A stretch of DNA of 64,000 nt, taken from Aureliella sp. (GTDB taxonomy: Bacteria; Planctomycetota; Planctomycetia; Pirellulales; Pirellulaceae). Position 1 is the first letter of the stretch; every line of letters starts with the position of its first letter. A program made the position numbers and the translations under genes. Shown in pieces: positions 19,272 to 29,044 of the stretch. Location of the stretch: contig JBIIJD010000003.1 in assembly GCA_044234105.1 (NCBI GenBank), positions 36,422 to 100,421 of the forward strand, read 5' to 3'. The notes beneath the pieces are model-generated. The model worked only from the letters and a program-made list of their open reading frames with translations. It was not told the DNA's origin and searched no databases.

Positions 19272-21332
19272 CTACCGGTCTTTCTTTTCTACTAGTGCCT
19301 TCAAGATTGCTAGGTCGGCATCGTTGCGCTCCGGGGCAAAGTCGATCGCCTGCTCTTGCGCAATCAGCGACTTGCGAACCGCCTCCAATCGCTGCGACTC
19401 ACCCTGATTGTTTGCCGCTACATAAATGGCCACGCGACTGGCCTGATCTCGTATCTCGACTACTGAAGATTCAATTTTGAACTCCACTTGAGTGATTCCA
19501 TCGGCGTCCAGTCGAAAGACTTCCACCGGTTGGCTAGCGTACCCAGGTAGCAGGAATCGGAAAGTGCTTTCGCGGGGCGGTCCAAACTGGAACACTCGAT
19601 GGTCCGGGTCCGTTTCGTAAGACAAATCCAACGCAAACAACAACGCACCGCGCGGCCCGGACACCACGTCCAGATCCCAATCTGGCTTGCCATCGTCGCG
19701 CAGCACTCGCTGGTGGCTAGTCGCGTCACCTTCCAAATAGTAATCCTGAAGCATCTTTATCTCGCGACCGATTCGCGTCATCGGTTCGATCAGATCAGGG
19801 AATGTCACCAGCGATCGCAGGCTCAGGTTGAACCAGTAAAGCGACGTGATGCGGCTTGACAATGCATGGTATGCCTGAAGTCGCAATTCATCAGGCGTCG
19901 GTGATCCGCGCTTTCGTCCATAACCGTTCCAGTTGTGATGAGGCCCCTGTGACCAATAGGCGGTTGGTCTTGGTCGATTGAGTTCACGAAGCGAGCGAGA
20001 CATGTCCCCTATCGTCTCCAAGGGCGCCCCCCAACGAATGCGCTGACCGTCCCAACGTTCGTACTTAGACCAGGCATCAGGCGACGGTGCCGTCACGCGG
20101 TAAGCGTCGTAATGCGGATAGTCGGATATCCCTGCGTAAAATCTCCAAATCCGCTCTTCACTGTGAGTCACCGAAGTGGGCAGGCGTGTCGCCGCGTAGG
20201 TCGATAACTGCTTCCAGCAATCTTGGGGCGGCACCGGTTTACCTCCTCCATACTGCGGCTCGCCCAACGTTTCAACAGCATGAATGCGAGGCAATAAGGC
20301 ATCCGAGTCGTAGTGCTCGACAGGCTTCAAACCTCCAAAATACTTTAGCGGGAATCGAGTGTAGAGACCATTAGGCTGGACCTGATCGGTGTACCCTGGA
20401 ACATCGGCGATATGAGCTGTGTTGACATAGACCCTGCGAAGAGTCTTAAGGTACGCTTCGGATTCCAAAGACGACTTTCCGCCGCTGGTTGAACTATGCA
20501 CCCACCCTCCGCTGATATCGAATACCTCGCGCTTAATCCGCTGATGTGCCCATACCGAAAGGGGCTTGCCTGCGGGGTCGACCAAGCGAACTTCGATCGC
20601 CGCATAAGTCAGCGGCAAAGGCCCTGTGACTACTCGCGCGCCGCCACGATCGCCTGCCGGAATCTGCCCACTGGCCGGAAAACGCAGCATTTTCTCAGTC
20701 GACCAAGCACCAGGTCGCAGCGCCCGAAACGACTGATTGCCCTCAGGCAACCAGAGCCGAAAAGAATCCAATCGCAACGGCTCACCAGTCTGATTGACCA
20801 CGTGAAATAGGCAACTATCTGGCTGCAACTGATCTTCAGGCCCAAGAAATGTAACAGCCGACAGCCAGACTGAAGGATCGTCGATTGCAACTTGCAGGTG
20901 ATTGGGCTGCGGCGAGTCCGGAAGTTCAATCGAAAGGTCCGCTGTAGTCTTTACGCCCCACAGCTCACGCTTTCCGTTCCAACCCCAAACGGTCAGTGCT
21001 CCGGGTGGCAAGCTGAGCGTTTGATCGGCCCAAGCCGACGGCAGGTCGTGCCAAGCCCACTGGTCGTCCTGCAACAGTTGCTCCGGGGTCTGTCCACGCA
21101 GTTGAATCGGCGCGGAAGCCGGAATTGTGATGGTGCGCGACGAAGCATTCCGAACAAACAACTCGACCCGAGCCCCCAAACTAAAATCTGGCTCGCGTCG
21201 ATACTTCATTTCGGTCGATTGAACGTGCGGCACAACATGAATGCCTTGAATCTCCAAGTCGCCTGCTATCGCACTGGATAGAACAATCGCTTGGAAGGAG
21301 ATAATCAACAATGCAATTGAGCTCAGTTTCAT
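19272..21332 (-). CDS. Hypothetical secreted protein, co-transcribed upstream of the GT39-TPR gene
   Basis: Start chosen at the signal peptide MKLSSIALLIISFQAIVLSSAIAG (21332). Its stop lies 5 nt before the start of the next gene. No family recognised. Confidence 0.6.
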   Translation of the reverse strand: MKLSSIALLIISFQAIVLSSAIAGDLEIQGIHVVPHVQSTEMKYRREPDFSLGARVELFVRNASSRTITIPASAPIQLRGQTPEQLLQDDQWAWHDLPSAWADQTLSLPPGALTVWGWNGKRELWGVKTTADLSIELPDSPQPNHLQVAIDDPSVWLSAVTFLGPEDQLQPDSCLFHVVNQTGEPLRLDSFRLWLPEGNQSFRALRPGAWSTEKMLRFPASGQIPAGDRGGARVVTGPLPLTYAAIEVRLVDPAGKPLSVWAHQRIKREVFDISGGWVHSSTSGGKSSLESEAYLKTLRRVYVNTAHIADVPGYTDQVQPNGLYTRFPLKYFGGLKPVEHYDSDALLPRIHAVETLGEPQYGGGKPVPPQDCWKQLSTYAATRLPTSVTHSEERIWRFYAGISDYPHYDAYRVTAPSPDAWSKYERWDGQRIRWGAPLETIGDMSRSLRELNRPRPTAYWSQGPHHNWNGYGRKRGSPTPDELRLQAYHALSSRITSLYWFNLSLRSLVTFPDLIEPMTRIGREIKMLQDYYLEGDATSHQRVLRDDGKPDWDLDVVSGPRGALLFALDLSYETDPDHRVFQFGPPRESTFRFLLPGYASQPVEVFRLDADGITQVEFKIESSVVEIRDQASRVAIYVAANNQGESQRLEAVRKSLIAQEQAIDFAPERNDADLAILKALVEKKDR

Positions 21333-21535
21333 AACAACCAACGTAGAACTACGAGGGAAAAAAATGAAGAGGTTTAAACACTTTTCATGACTATAAACAA
21401 GCCGAAACCTTGGCGACAACCCAGTCAACGCCAGTTGACCATCAAATCGGTTATAACTCAATAAGTGCTTTCATCCAGATTCGCAATTAGAAACCCGGAC
21501 AGTAATTATTTGCCGACGCCTTACCGGAGGCTCAT

Positions 21536-21763
21536 CTACCGCCTTGCGCCATACGGGCGACTGAACTGACTGGCCTGATATTGCTTGACCGTGATATGTC
21601 GCCCTGGATTGGGCGGCAGCAACCTGTGCATAACGACAGGTAGTGGGTTGGTGTGTACTACCACGGGCCGACCGCCAACTCGACCAGCAAATTGGGCAGA
21701 CTGGAGATCGGCAACTCCTAACAAGGAAGACAATGCAAATCCGATAACAATAATAAATCTCAT
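21536..21763 (-). CDS. Small secreted hypothetical protein
   Basis: 75-aa ORF with a plausible signal peptide, MRFIIVIGFALSSLLGVADLQSA. Confidence 0.35.
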   Translation of the reverse strand: MRFIIVIGFALSSLLGVADLQSAQFAGRVGGRPVVVHTNPLPVVMHRLLPPNPGRHITVKQYQASQFSRPYGARR

Positions 21764-21847
21764 GTAATCACCCTTTCTTATAACGACAGCTATGCCATGA
21801 CTGTCTTATTCTTCTAACGCGAGCGGTAGAAATGTAGGTACCAACGT

Positions 21848-22456
21848 CTAAGGGAAACGGATCGCCCTAGGACGATGGAATTCTCGGATATCAATATAGT
21901 CCATCCCGGCAGCTTTAGCAGCGTCTATCCCCAGACTGGAGTCTTCGTAGACTAAGCAACGATTGGCTGGAACCTCAAGCTTTTCTGCCGCCAACAGGAA
22001 CACTTCTGGATTCGGCTTGTGGCGCACCGTGTCTTCGGCCGTAACCACCGCTTGAAAGTCTCCGGTGCAACCGATTTGATCGAGCTGCCTGTTGATAATA
22101 TGCCGATAGCCGCCGCTGGCGACAGCCATCGGCAGAACGTTCACAAAATGTTTCACCACCTGCACTACAAGGTCAATGGGCACCAACAGATGCAGCATCT
22201 CCATAAACATCGCTTCCTTTTCTTCCGCAGCTCGCTGTACGTCCACCTGAACGCCTCGTTCGTCTGCCAGCAACCGGACTATCTGCTGCGACGGCACCCC
22301 GCCCAAAGCATAGAACCGCTCCTCTGGGAACGGAAAGCCATAGGCGGCAAGTGCCCGCGACCAGGCCAGGTAGTGAAGAGGCATCGAATCGGTCAGCGTT
22401 CCGTCACAATCAAAAATCAGCGCTTCGTAACTGCCACGAGGAAATGCGGGATTCAT
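21848..22456 (-). CDS. HAD-superfamily hydrolase (beta-phosphoglucomutase-like subfamily IA)
   Basis: Motif I FDCDGTLTDS and motif IV-like VYEDSSLGIDAA. 202 aa. Confidence 0.85.
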   Translation of the reverse strand: MNPAFPRGSYEALIFDCDGTLTDSMPLHYLAWSRALAAYGFPFPEERFYALGGVPSQQIVRLLADERGVQVDVQRAAEEKEAMFMEMLHLLVPIDLVVQVVKHFVNVLPMAVASGGYRHIINRQLDQIGCTGDFQAVVTAEDTVRHKPNPEVFLLAAEKLEVPANRCLVYEDSSLGIDAAKAAGMDYIDIREFHRPRAIRFP

Positions 22457-22678
22457 TAAAGGAAAAGTCCTGACATAGAGATCAAAGCAACGTGACTATG
22501 CAATGAATGGCCAATGGAAGGATTGGCGCAATGGCTGGCCACCGAAAGGTTTGACACAGGCGATCGCCACCGGAAAGTTTGACAGCCGGTAGAGTTTACC
22601 ACACTTGCCACTTCAAGCCACACCTGTTGATTCGATGCCTCGGGGCCTCGCAGGACCAACCAGAATCTGGAACTCAAA

Positions 22679-22767
22679 GTAGCAGGCACATTCCGTGTGC
22701 CGTTGCCACCGCCTAACTCCCTCGACCATTCGCTCGGCGGCTGCGGCACATGGAATGTGCCTGCTAC
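22679..22767. repeat. REPIN-like doublet: two inverted 24-nt GTAG-headed hairpin units (class 2)
   Basis: GTAGCAGGCACATTCCGTGTGCCG at 22679..22702. The reverse complement of 22744..22767 is GTAGCAGGCACATTCCATGTGCCG (23/24 identical). Each unit is itself a hairpin (GGCACA/TGTGCC). The spacer is 41 nt. Confidence 0.7.
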
Positions 22768-22973
22768 GTTGGCTTTTGTCGCCTGCTGCTGACCAGCGGA
22801 ACGGTCATCGAATTAGGGGGGATTTGCGATTGGCTGGAAAAAATTGAGCGACTATGCTATGACCTCGTATTACCATCGGACATGGCATGCACAGTTTCCT
22901 CAAATAGGCACTCGACAAAATGCAGCCGTTCACGCCCGAAAAAGCTGCGTGAAATGCATACACAAGAATTCTC

Positions 22974-23699
22974 ATGAATAATCGACTTAGCGGAAAAAGC
23001 GTTGTCATCGTTGGCGGCGGTAGCGGGATGGGGGCTTCTCTGGCAATTGCAGTGGCTGCTGCTGGCAGTCGAGTCTTAATCGGTGGACGAAGATTGTCTG
23101 CTCTTCAGCAGACGGCTCAAGGCACCGACATTGCATGCCTTACGGTAGACGTTGCCTGCCGTCAGAGTACTAACGATTTCTTTGAAGGGGCGACGAGTCG
23201 GCTTGGGCAGATCGACATTCTGGTCATTGCTGCTGGAACCAACATCAAGAATCGCAGCATGGCAGAGATGGCACCTCAGCAGTGGGATCAACTAATGGCG
23301 ATCAACGCCACTGGCACCTATAACTGCATGCACGCCGTCTTGCCAGCAATGCGGCAAAGACGGTCTGGAACCATCATGAGCATATCATCGATTGCCGGAA
23401 AACGCGCTATTGCCCTGGGTGGTATAGCCTACTCGGCAAGCAAATTTGCTGCGACAGCTTTGGGAACTTGTGTATCCAACGAAGTGGCTGCCGATGGCGT
23501 GAAGATCATCAATGTCTATCCAGGGGAAGTGAACACCCCTATCTTAGAGCAGCGTCCTACGCCCGTCAGTCAGGAACATAAAGAACGCATCTTGCAACCA
23601 GATGATGTCTCTGAAATGCTCTTGGCCGTGTTGAATCTGCCTGACAACGTGCATGTACCAGAACTGGTCATCAAACCGCTGTGTCAAAATTGGTATTGA
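22974..23699 (+). CDS. SDR-family oxidoreductase
   Basis: GGGSGMG dinucleotide motif, the YSASK catalytic motif and the NAG-like AAGTN. Confidence 0.9.
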   Translation: MNNRLSGKSVVIVGGGSGMGASLAIAVAAAGSRVLIGGRRLSALQQTAQGTDIACLTVDVACRQSTNDFFEGATSRLGQIDILVIAAGTNIKNRSMAEMAPQQWDQLMAINATGTYNCMHAVLPAMRQRRSGTIMSISSIAGKRAIALGGIAYSASKFAATALGTCVSNEVAADGVKIINVYPGEVNTPILEQRPTPVSQEHKERILQPDDVSEMLLAVLNLPDNVHVPELVIKPLCQNWY

Positions 23700-23730
23700 T
23701 CGATTCTGTCACTTCAAGTCTTGCAACCTG

Positions 23731-23901
23731 TTACTGACCAGGTAGCCAATTGAGTTCCGTGTAGAACATGGCGTCGACGGCAATGTCTGCCGTTTGCATA
23801 GAACGAATGTGCCGCTGCACAGGATCCCACCGCGACACCGCAGGCAGTATCACAAGCCATGTTACTGCAACAACCAGCAAAGCACATAGAAGATGCCGCA
23901 T
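23731..23901 (-). CDS. Possible small membrane protein (56 aa, below the ORF-track size cutoff)
   Basis: The rc ATG at 23901 gives MRHLLCALLVVAVTWLVILPAVSRWDPVQRHIRSMQTADIAVDAMFYTELNWLPGQ*. It starts 35 nt downstream of the transporter gene on the same strand. Confidence 0.3.
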   Translation of the reverse strand: MRHLLCALLVVAVTWLVILPAVSRWDPVQRHIRSMQTADIAVDAMFYTELNWLPGQ

Positions 23902-23936
23902 AAAATTCTTAAGACTTCTCGCAACTATTCAAGCGA

Positions 23937-25502
23937 CTAGGGGGTTTCTCGGAACACAATTCCAAACATCAAGTAAGCCATCAAAAACGTGAGCAACAGA
24001 TTGAACGCTTGGCCACAAACATATAAGACCAACGGTTTCCCGCTCCGGAGATAGGGCGCCAGTTCGCGAAAGTTAGTAGATAACCCGATGGCTACAAAAG
24101 CTACACAAAACAACCAGCTTCTCAACTGGCTGGAACATTTGGTAGTAGCCAGGTGAATCAGGCTTTCACCGAAAAATGAATGCTGAAAAATCGCCGAAAC
24201 AACTAAGGAAACAGCCAAGAAGCCTAGTACAAACTTGGGAAATCTCCGCCAGATTTCACCGATTCCCGTTGGCATGCTTTTTGACTTGCCAGCCTGATTT
24301 TGCTGTCCAGGCTCGACCCATCTGGACCAGTAGGCAGCAACGGCCAGGGCGACGACACCTATCAGAATGTTCTGAATCATTTTCACCGTTACCGCTGTTT
24401 CCGCACCCAAAATTCCCAGTGCCTCGCCAGCAGCGACCACTGCCCCTGTGGAATCGATCGTACCGCCGATCCACGCGCCGCCAACTCGAGGGTCTAGCTG
24501 CATCCAATGGATGGCCAGTGGCATCACCACCATCATCAGTGCCGTGAAGGCCAGTGATATTCCTATGGCCAACGACAGCTCCTCCTTCTTGGCTTTGCAG
24601 GCTGCGGCTGTCGCTATGGCCGCCGACACCCCACAGACGCTCATGTCCGCCGAAACTACCATATTCAACGTGCGACTCTCTATCTTGAGTACCTTCTGAC
24701 CAAATAGATAGGTACAAATCAGAACGATTGGCGTCACCACCCAAGCCACACAGATGCCTGGTACACCCAATGCTAACAATCTTGGCAACAACACTTCACC
24801 ACCCAGCAGGACCAATCCAATCTTAATGTACAGCTCGCCCAGCACCGCCGGTTTCAGCCAACCTGGCAACCCAACTGTATTGCAGATCAGCATACCGACA
24901 AACAATCCCCATAACGGATACTCGAAGTTGTAGTATTTGACAACCGATTGAGCCGCCAAGAGAAAGGCTGCCACAGACAAGATGTACAGCGCAGGAAAGG
25001 CGATCAAGTAGGCAACTATAGGCCCTCGTCGCATCCTCACCGCAACGCAGCCGATAGCCATCAGCATCACTCCGGTGCTGACCAACGAAGCCCACTGCGC
25101 AGCGCCGGCAGGCTGGCCGGCCACGTCCCGCTTGCGGAATGCGTCAGCGGGATCGCTGGTCCAGCTTTCCAGCTTGGCAAGCCATGGACTGATGGGCACG
25201 CTCCAGGAAACTCCCAGCTTTTCCAGCGTGCTCTTGTTGCGGCTCTTGGCCAACGATTTTTTCTCGGACTCTGACAGTATAGCTTCTTGTTGAGCCGAGA
25301 ACGAAGCATCCTGCCTTCGGATTTCCGAGGATCTCTTCTGGAGCTGCGACCAATCGACATCGCGTGGACGAGACCCATACCAGGCCATGACAACCAAGGC
25401 CATGACCAAACCGCCCACTACCGCCGCAGTCCAGTCTTCCGACCAACCGGAAGTCGGTGGCTCTTTGAGCATTTGTCCGTCAGTTGCCGCGTCGCTGTTC
25501 AT
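23937..25502 (-). CDS. YeiH/UPF0324-family putative sulfate exporter-type membrane protein
   Basis: 521-aa polytopic membrane protein. The C-terminal region [40 protein letters not shown] is typical of UPF0324. Confidence 0.75.
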   Translation of the reverse strand: MNSDAATDGQMLKEPPTSGWSEDWTAAVVGGLVMALVVMAWYGSRPRDVDWSQLQKRSSEIRRQDASFSAQQEAILSESEKKSLAKSRNKSTLEKLGVSWSVPISPWLAKLESWTSDPADAFRKRDVAGQPAGAAQWASLVSTGVMLMAIGCVAVRMRRGPIVAYLIAFPALYILSVAAFLLAAQSVVKYYNFEYPLWGLFVGMLICNTVGLPGWLKPAVLGELYIKIGLVLLGGEVLLPRLLALGVPGICVAWVVTPIVLICTYLFGQKVLKIESRTLNMVVSADMSVCGVSAAIATAAACKAKKEELSLAIGISLAFTALMMVVMPLAIHWMQLDPRVGGAWIGGTIDSTGAVVAAGEALGILGAETAVTVKMIQNILIGVVALAVAAYWSRWVEPGQQNQAGKSKSMPTGIGEIWRRFPKFVLGFLAVSLVVSAIFQHSFFGESLIHLATTKCSSQLRSWLFCVAFVAIGLSTNFRELAPYLRSGKPLVLYVCGQAFNLLLTFLMAYLMFGIVFRETP

Positions 25503-25981
25503 CGCTACACCTTAAAAAACATCGTCTCGCTGATCGCCTGTAGTATAGCATTGAATCCGACAGGCCTATCCTGCTGATTCATCATTTGACACTTCCTACC
25601 AGCGATCGGCGAGAAGTGTCTAAAAATGCAAGAATACTGTGAAGAAAAGCACGATCTTGTTCACCACGTTATGTACGATCAGCCATTAGTGCCGTTTCCG
25701 CTCCCATACCAGGCCAAAAAGCATGCTGTAGCCGCGCTTTTCAGGGTGGATTAGGCTGCATGGGCGGAATTGGTTCGGCTTGGGTTTGACGGAGGCGTGT
25801 CGGCGTTCTAAAATAGGAGCTTCAGGCAGCAGGTCTGCCCTGATGTTTTAGTTCCTAGCAGAAGAATTGGTTCTGGCAGTCCTCTTGCGTTTTGAGTCAC
25901 TGACCCGCTTTCGCCTTCTTCAGCACGCCAGCACCATTGTGCTGCTGTCGAAATTAACCATTTTCTGGCTTTGATGTCGCT

Positions 25982-26179
25982 ATGAACCTGATTGCTTTTG
26001 GAATGCCCGGGACCACTGAACTGGTCATCTTTATGTTGATTGTGTTGGTCATTTTTGGCAGCGCGCGACTGCCTAGCCTCATGCGAAATCTAGGCCGTAG
26101 CGCCAACGAATTTAAGGCAGGCATGCGAGATCCCGTCTCTTCCACCAAAGACGAAGAAGAGCCTGAAGAGAAAAGCTAA
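25982..26179 (+). CDS. tatA: Twin-arginine translocase subunit TatA/E
   Basis: TELVIFMLIVLVIFGSARLPSLMRNLGRSANEFKAGM has the canonical TatA TM helix, hinge FG and amphipathic helix. Confidence 0.85.
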   Translation: MNLIAFGMPGTTELVIFMLIVLVIFGSARLPSLMRNLGRSANEFKAGMRDPVSSTKDEEEPEEKS

Positions 26180-26252
26180 CCTGTCACACTAAGCTATTCT
26201 TGAAAGGCCATACCAGGCTACCATCTTTTAGGTTCGCTGAAAGTCGCTCGAT

Positions 26253-26531
26253 ATGTTAAGCAGTTTCGGTTATACGGAAATGCTAATTTTTGGCTTCATT
26301 GCGCTGATGCTGTTCGGCAGCAAATTGCCTGACGTTGCGCGAAACTTTGGCCGCAGCTATCGCGATATTCGTCGAAAGGTCGAAGATATGCAGCGAGAGT
26401 TTCGGGAATGGGACAAGCCAGACCCCAACACGCCCTCCACTTCCAGCTTCCTTCCGATGGCCGAAGACGAGCCCAGCCGTAGCTCTCCCGCCGCTCCCAA
26501 GTTCATTCCTCCGGTTGGCGACGACGATTAG
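26253..26531 (+). CDS. Second TatA/TatB-family protein
   Basis: TEMLIFGFIALMLFGSKLPDVARNFGRSYRDIRRKVEDMQREF has the same TM-FG-amphipathic helix layout, with a longer acidic/proline-rich tail. Confidence 0.75.
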   Translation: MLSSFGYTEMLIFGFIALMLFGSKLPDVARNFGRSYRDIRRKVEDMQREFREWDKPDPNTPSTSSFLPMAEDEPSRSSPAAPKFIPPVGDDD

Positions 26532-26557
26532 TCATACCTTCTCACAAGGAGACATCC

Positions 26558-27439
26558 ATGCCCTGCGGTTATCCCAGTCGACGGCATTTCCTTCAAACGG
26601 CAGCCGCGATGGCCTGCGTTAGCCAATCAGCTAACGCAAATGCGGCTAGCGACCAGTCTCAGATGCGGATGGGTTTGGTAACCTACCTGTGGGGCCAGGA
26701 CATGACTTTGGCTGAACTACTGGCCGCTTGCGAGAGTTCAGGGCTGCTGGGAGTTGAATTGCGGACCCAGCACAATCACGCCGTCGAACCTGAATTATCC
26801 GCCGCTGAACGAGCCGAAGTGCGCAGGCGTTTTTCGGACAGCCCGGTCAAACTGGTCGGTTATGGTGCCAATTGTGAGTATCATTCATCCAAGCCTGAGC
26901 AAGTAAAAAGCAACATCCAGCAGACCAAGCGGTATATTGAGTTGATGCACGATTGTGGCGGTAGCGGGGTCAAGGTCAAACCCAACTCATTGCCCAAGGA
27001 CGTTGATCCGAAGAAGACTGTCCAGCAGATTGGAATGGCGCTGAACGAAGTGGCTCGTTATGGTCAAGAGTTTGGGCAGCAGATTCGTCTGGAGGTACAC
27101 GGCTCGGGCACCAGCCAATTGCCGATCGTTCGGGATATTATGGCGGTGGCCGATCATCCCAATGTGGCAGTTTGTTGGAATTGCAACGACCAGGACATGG
27201 AGGGTGCCGGACTTGAGGACAACTTCAATATGGTCCGAGATCGGTTTGGCGAAACGCTGCACGTTCGCGAGCTGTTTGTTAAGGATTACCCGTACGATCA
27301 ACTGTTTAAATTACTTTTGAGATCGGCCTACAAAGGGTGGGTTCTGCTTGAAGCTAGAACCAATCCAGCAGACAAGGTGGCAGCCATGACTGAGCAGCGC
27401 AAGTTGTTTGAACAACTGAGCCAAAGCCCTGGAAGCTAG
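26558..27439 (+). CDS. Tat-signal sugar phosphate isomerase/epimerase (xylose isomerase-like TIM barrel)
   Basis: The N-terminal SRRHFLQTAAAMA twin-arginine motif. TIM-barrel family motifs GVELR, EVHG and LLEAR. Confidence 0.8.
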   Translation: MPCGYPSRRHFLQTAAAMACVSQSANANAASDQSQMRMGLVTYLWGQDMTLAELLAACESSGLLGVELRTQHNHAVEPELSAAERAEVRRRFSDSPVKLVGYGANCEYHSSKPEQVKSNIQQTKRYIELMHDCGGSGVKVKPNSLPKDVDPKKTVQQIGMALNEVARYGQEFGQQIRLEVHGSGTSQLPIVRDIMAVADHPNVAVCWNCNDQDMEGAGLEDNFNMVRDRFGETLHVRELFVKDYPYDQLFKLLLRSAYKGWVLLEARTNPADKVAAMTEQRKLFEQLSQSPGS

Positions 27440-28284
27440 CGGTCGTACGGACTGCTTACAGCGCTTCGATATTGCCGAGTGATAACTCGGGTGTAGAGCA
27501 CTGGCAGCAAGCGGGTCATCCAATCTAGCATCTTGCCGTCGCTGCCTATGACCAATCGAGTCTTGTTCTTTTCCACAGCATTCAGAATCTGCCGAGCTGC
27601 TTCCTCGGGTAAAGTCTTCGCGATACGATCAAAACTTTCGATCATGTTTTGATGATCCTGAGCCGTAACAAACTGACCGCCCGGTGGCGAGCTGCGGACA
27701 ATGTTGGTCTTGATGCCGCCGGGATGGACCGAGGTGACATTCACCTGGCAATCGGCAAGTTCCATTCGCAAGGTCTCGGTAAAGCCGCGAACCGCAAACT
27801 TGGCCGTGCAGTATGCGGAATTGCCATCCACGCCTGCAAATCCAAAGACGCTGGACACATTCACTACATGACCCGATCCGGTTTGCAACAGGTAGGGAAA
27901 GAAGGCACGTGTCAGTCGAACAACGGCCATCAAATTGATGTTGAGAAGTCGGTCAAACTCCTGCTCGGGTGTATCCTGAAAACGCCCACAAGTCAGCGCA
28001 ATGCCTGCGTTGTTGATCAGGATTAACCTCTCGCCGCTTAACGTGGGCAGCACTTGACCGACAAATTGCCCGATCGCGTCGGCACTGCCTACATCAAAGC
28101 AGTGTGCCTCGACTGGTCGTCCGTGCTGAGCGGCCAGACGAGCGGTCTCGGAAAGGCTGTCAGAGTTGATGTCTGTGCCAATGATTCGCCTGGCACCTCG
28201 CTGGGCAGCTTGTATCGCTAAATGGCGACCGATCCCTGAGCCAATACCTGTGACGATACAAACCGAATCAGCTATTTGAGTCAT
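27436..28284 (-). CDS. SDR-family oxidoreductase
   Basis: TGIGSGIG, NNAG and YCTAK motifs. 282 aa. Confidence 0.9.
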   Translation of the reverse strand: MTQIADSVCIVTGIGSGIGRHLAIQAAQRGARRIIGTDINSDSLSETARLAAQHGRPVEAHCFDVGSADAIGQFVGQVLPTLSGERLILINNAGIALTCGRFQDTPEQEFDRLLNINLMAVVRLTRAFFPYLLQTGSGHVVNVSSVFGFAGVDGNSAYCTAKFAVRGFTETLRMELADCQVNVTSVHPGGIKTNIVRSSPPGGQFVTAQDHQNMIESFDRIAKTLPEEAARQILNAVEKNKTRLVIGSDGKMLDWMTRLLPVLYTRVITRQYRSAVSSPYDR

Positions 28285-28306
28285 CTATCTTCCGTCTTTC
28301 GTAACT

Positions 28307-28861
28307 CTAGTAACCAAACCGATGCCATAGCTTCCAGGCGAAAAACAGTCCCATACAAGTCAGCATCCCTAGTGTCGAAGTGGATGCACGCCCATCAATT
28401 GTGCCACAAGTTCGGCACTCAACTCCACTAGCTCCTGGTTGGCACTGTCCACCCTTTGACTGGCAAGCATTGAAAGCTTGCGAACCTTCCGACGGAAGAT
28501 GCGACGTTGTTGCCGAAGAAATATTTGGGATGACTATTGAAGCAGAGGTTGAGGAGCTGTCCAGATTTTCATCAATAGTGTAGATGACTTCACTGATCGC
28601 CGCGTCAAGACTTTTTTTTGTCCCGGTGGTGTCGTTCGGATTTTGAGAAGTCGAAATCGTCCAGTTAATTTTAGCAGCCAGCACAGTGGCCGAGCCGTAA
28701 GGCATCGCATAGCTGTGATTTCCATTGCAGATTCCAAAGCAGCAGGCTGCTGCGGCAACAGTTCCCCAGAACCTTGGCGCAATAGCTTTCATCGTGTGCC
28801 TCACTCTCAAAATGATCGAATCGCTGAAATTAGCATAAGTCATTTCTCGCCCCACTAACAT
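28307..28861 (-). CDS. Hypothetical secreted Ser/Thr- and Cys-rich protein with a C-terminal hydrophobic anchor
   Basis: The likely start is MKAIAPRFWGTVAAAACCFG (28792). The C-terminal TM-like LGMLTCMGLFFAWKLW is followed by basic residues. No family recognised. Confidence 0.4.
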   Translation of the reverse strand: MLVGREMTYANFSDSIILRVRHTMKAIAPRFWGTVAAAACCFGICNGNHSYAMPYGSATVLAAKINWTISTSQNPNDTTGTKKSLDAAISEVIYTIDENLDSSSTSASIVIPNISSATTSHLPSEGSQAFNACQSKGGQCQPGASGVECRTCGTIDGRASTSTLGMLTCMGLFFAWKLWHRFGY

Positions 28862-29044
28862 GCCGACTTAGCTCAAGACCATGTCCTAACGCTCGGTTTT
28901 CGTCCTATTTTACTCTAAGGCGAGCGATCGGTGACCAAACTTGTCCGCCAGCCTGCGATAAATTCCTCAGCAGGGCAGCAAGCAAGTAGGCTGTCCCATA
29001 CAGGTTACCAAACTACCGTTAGCAAAAAGCGAGTTTTCAAGCAA

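Noticed and set aside
25588-25620. 8-bp stem GACACTTC / GAAGTGTC with a 17-nt loop upstream of the yeiH-like gene.
   Set aside because: It is a single occurrence. The A/T run is on the wrong side for a terminator on either strand. It is possibly an operator, but nothing supports that.
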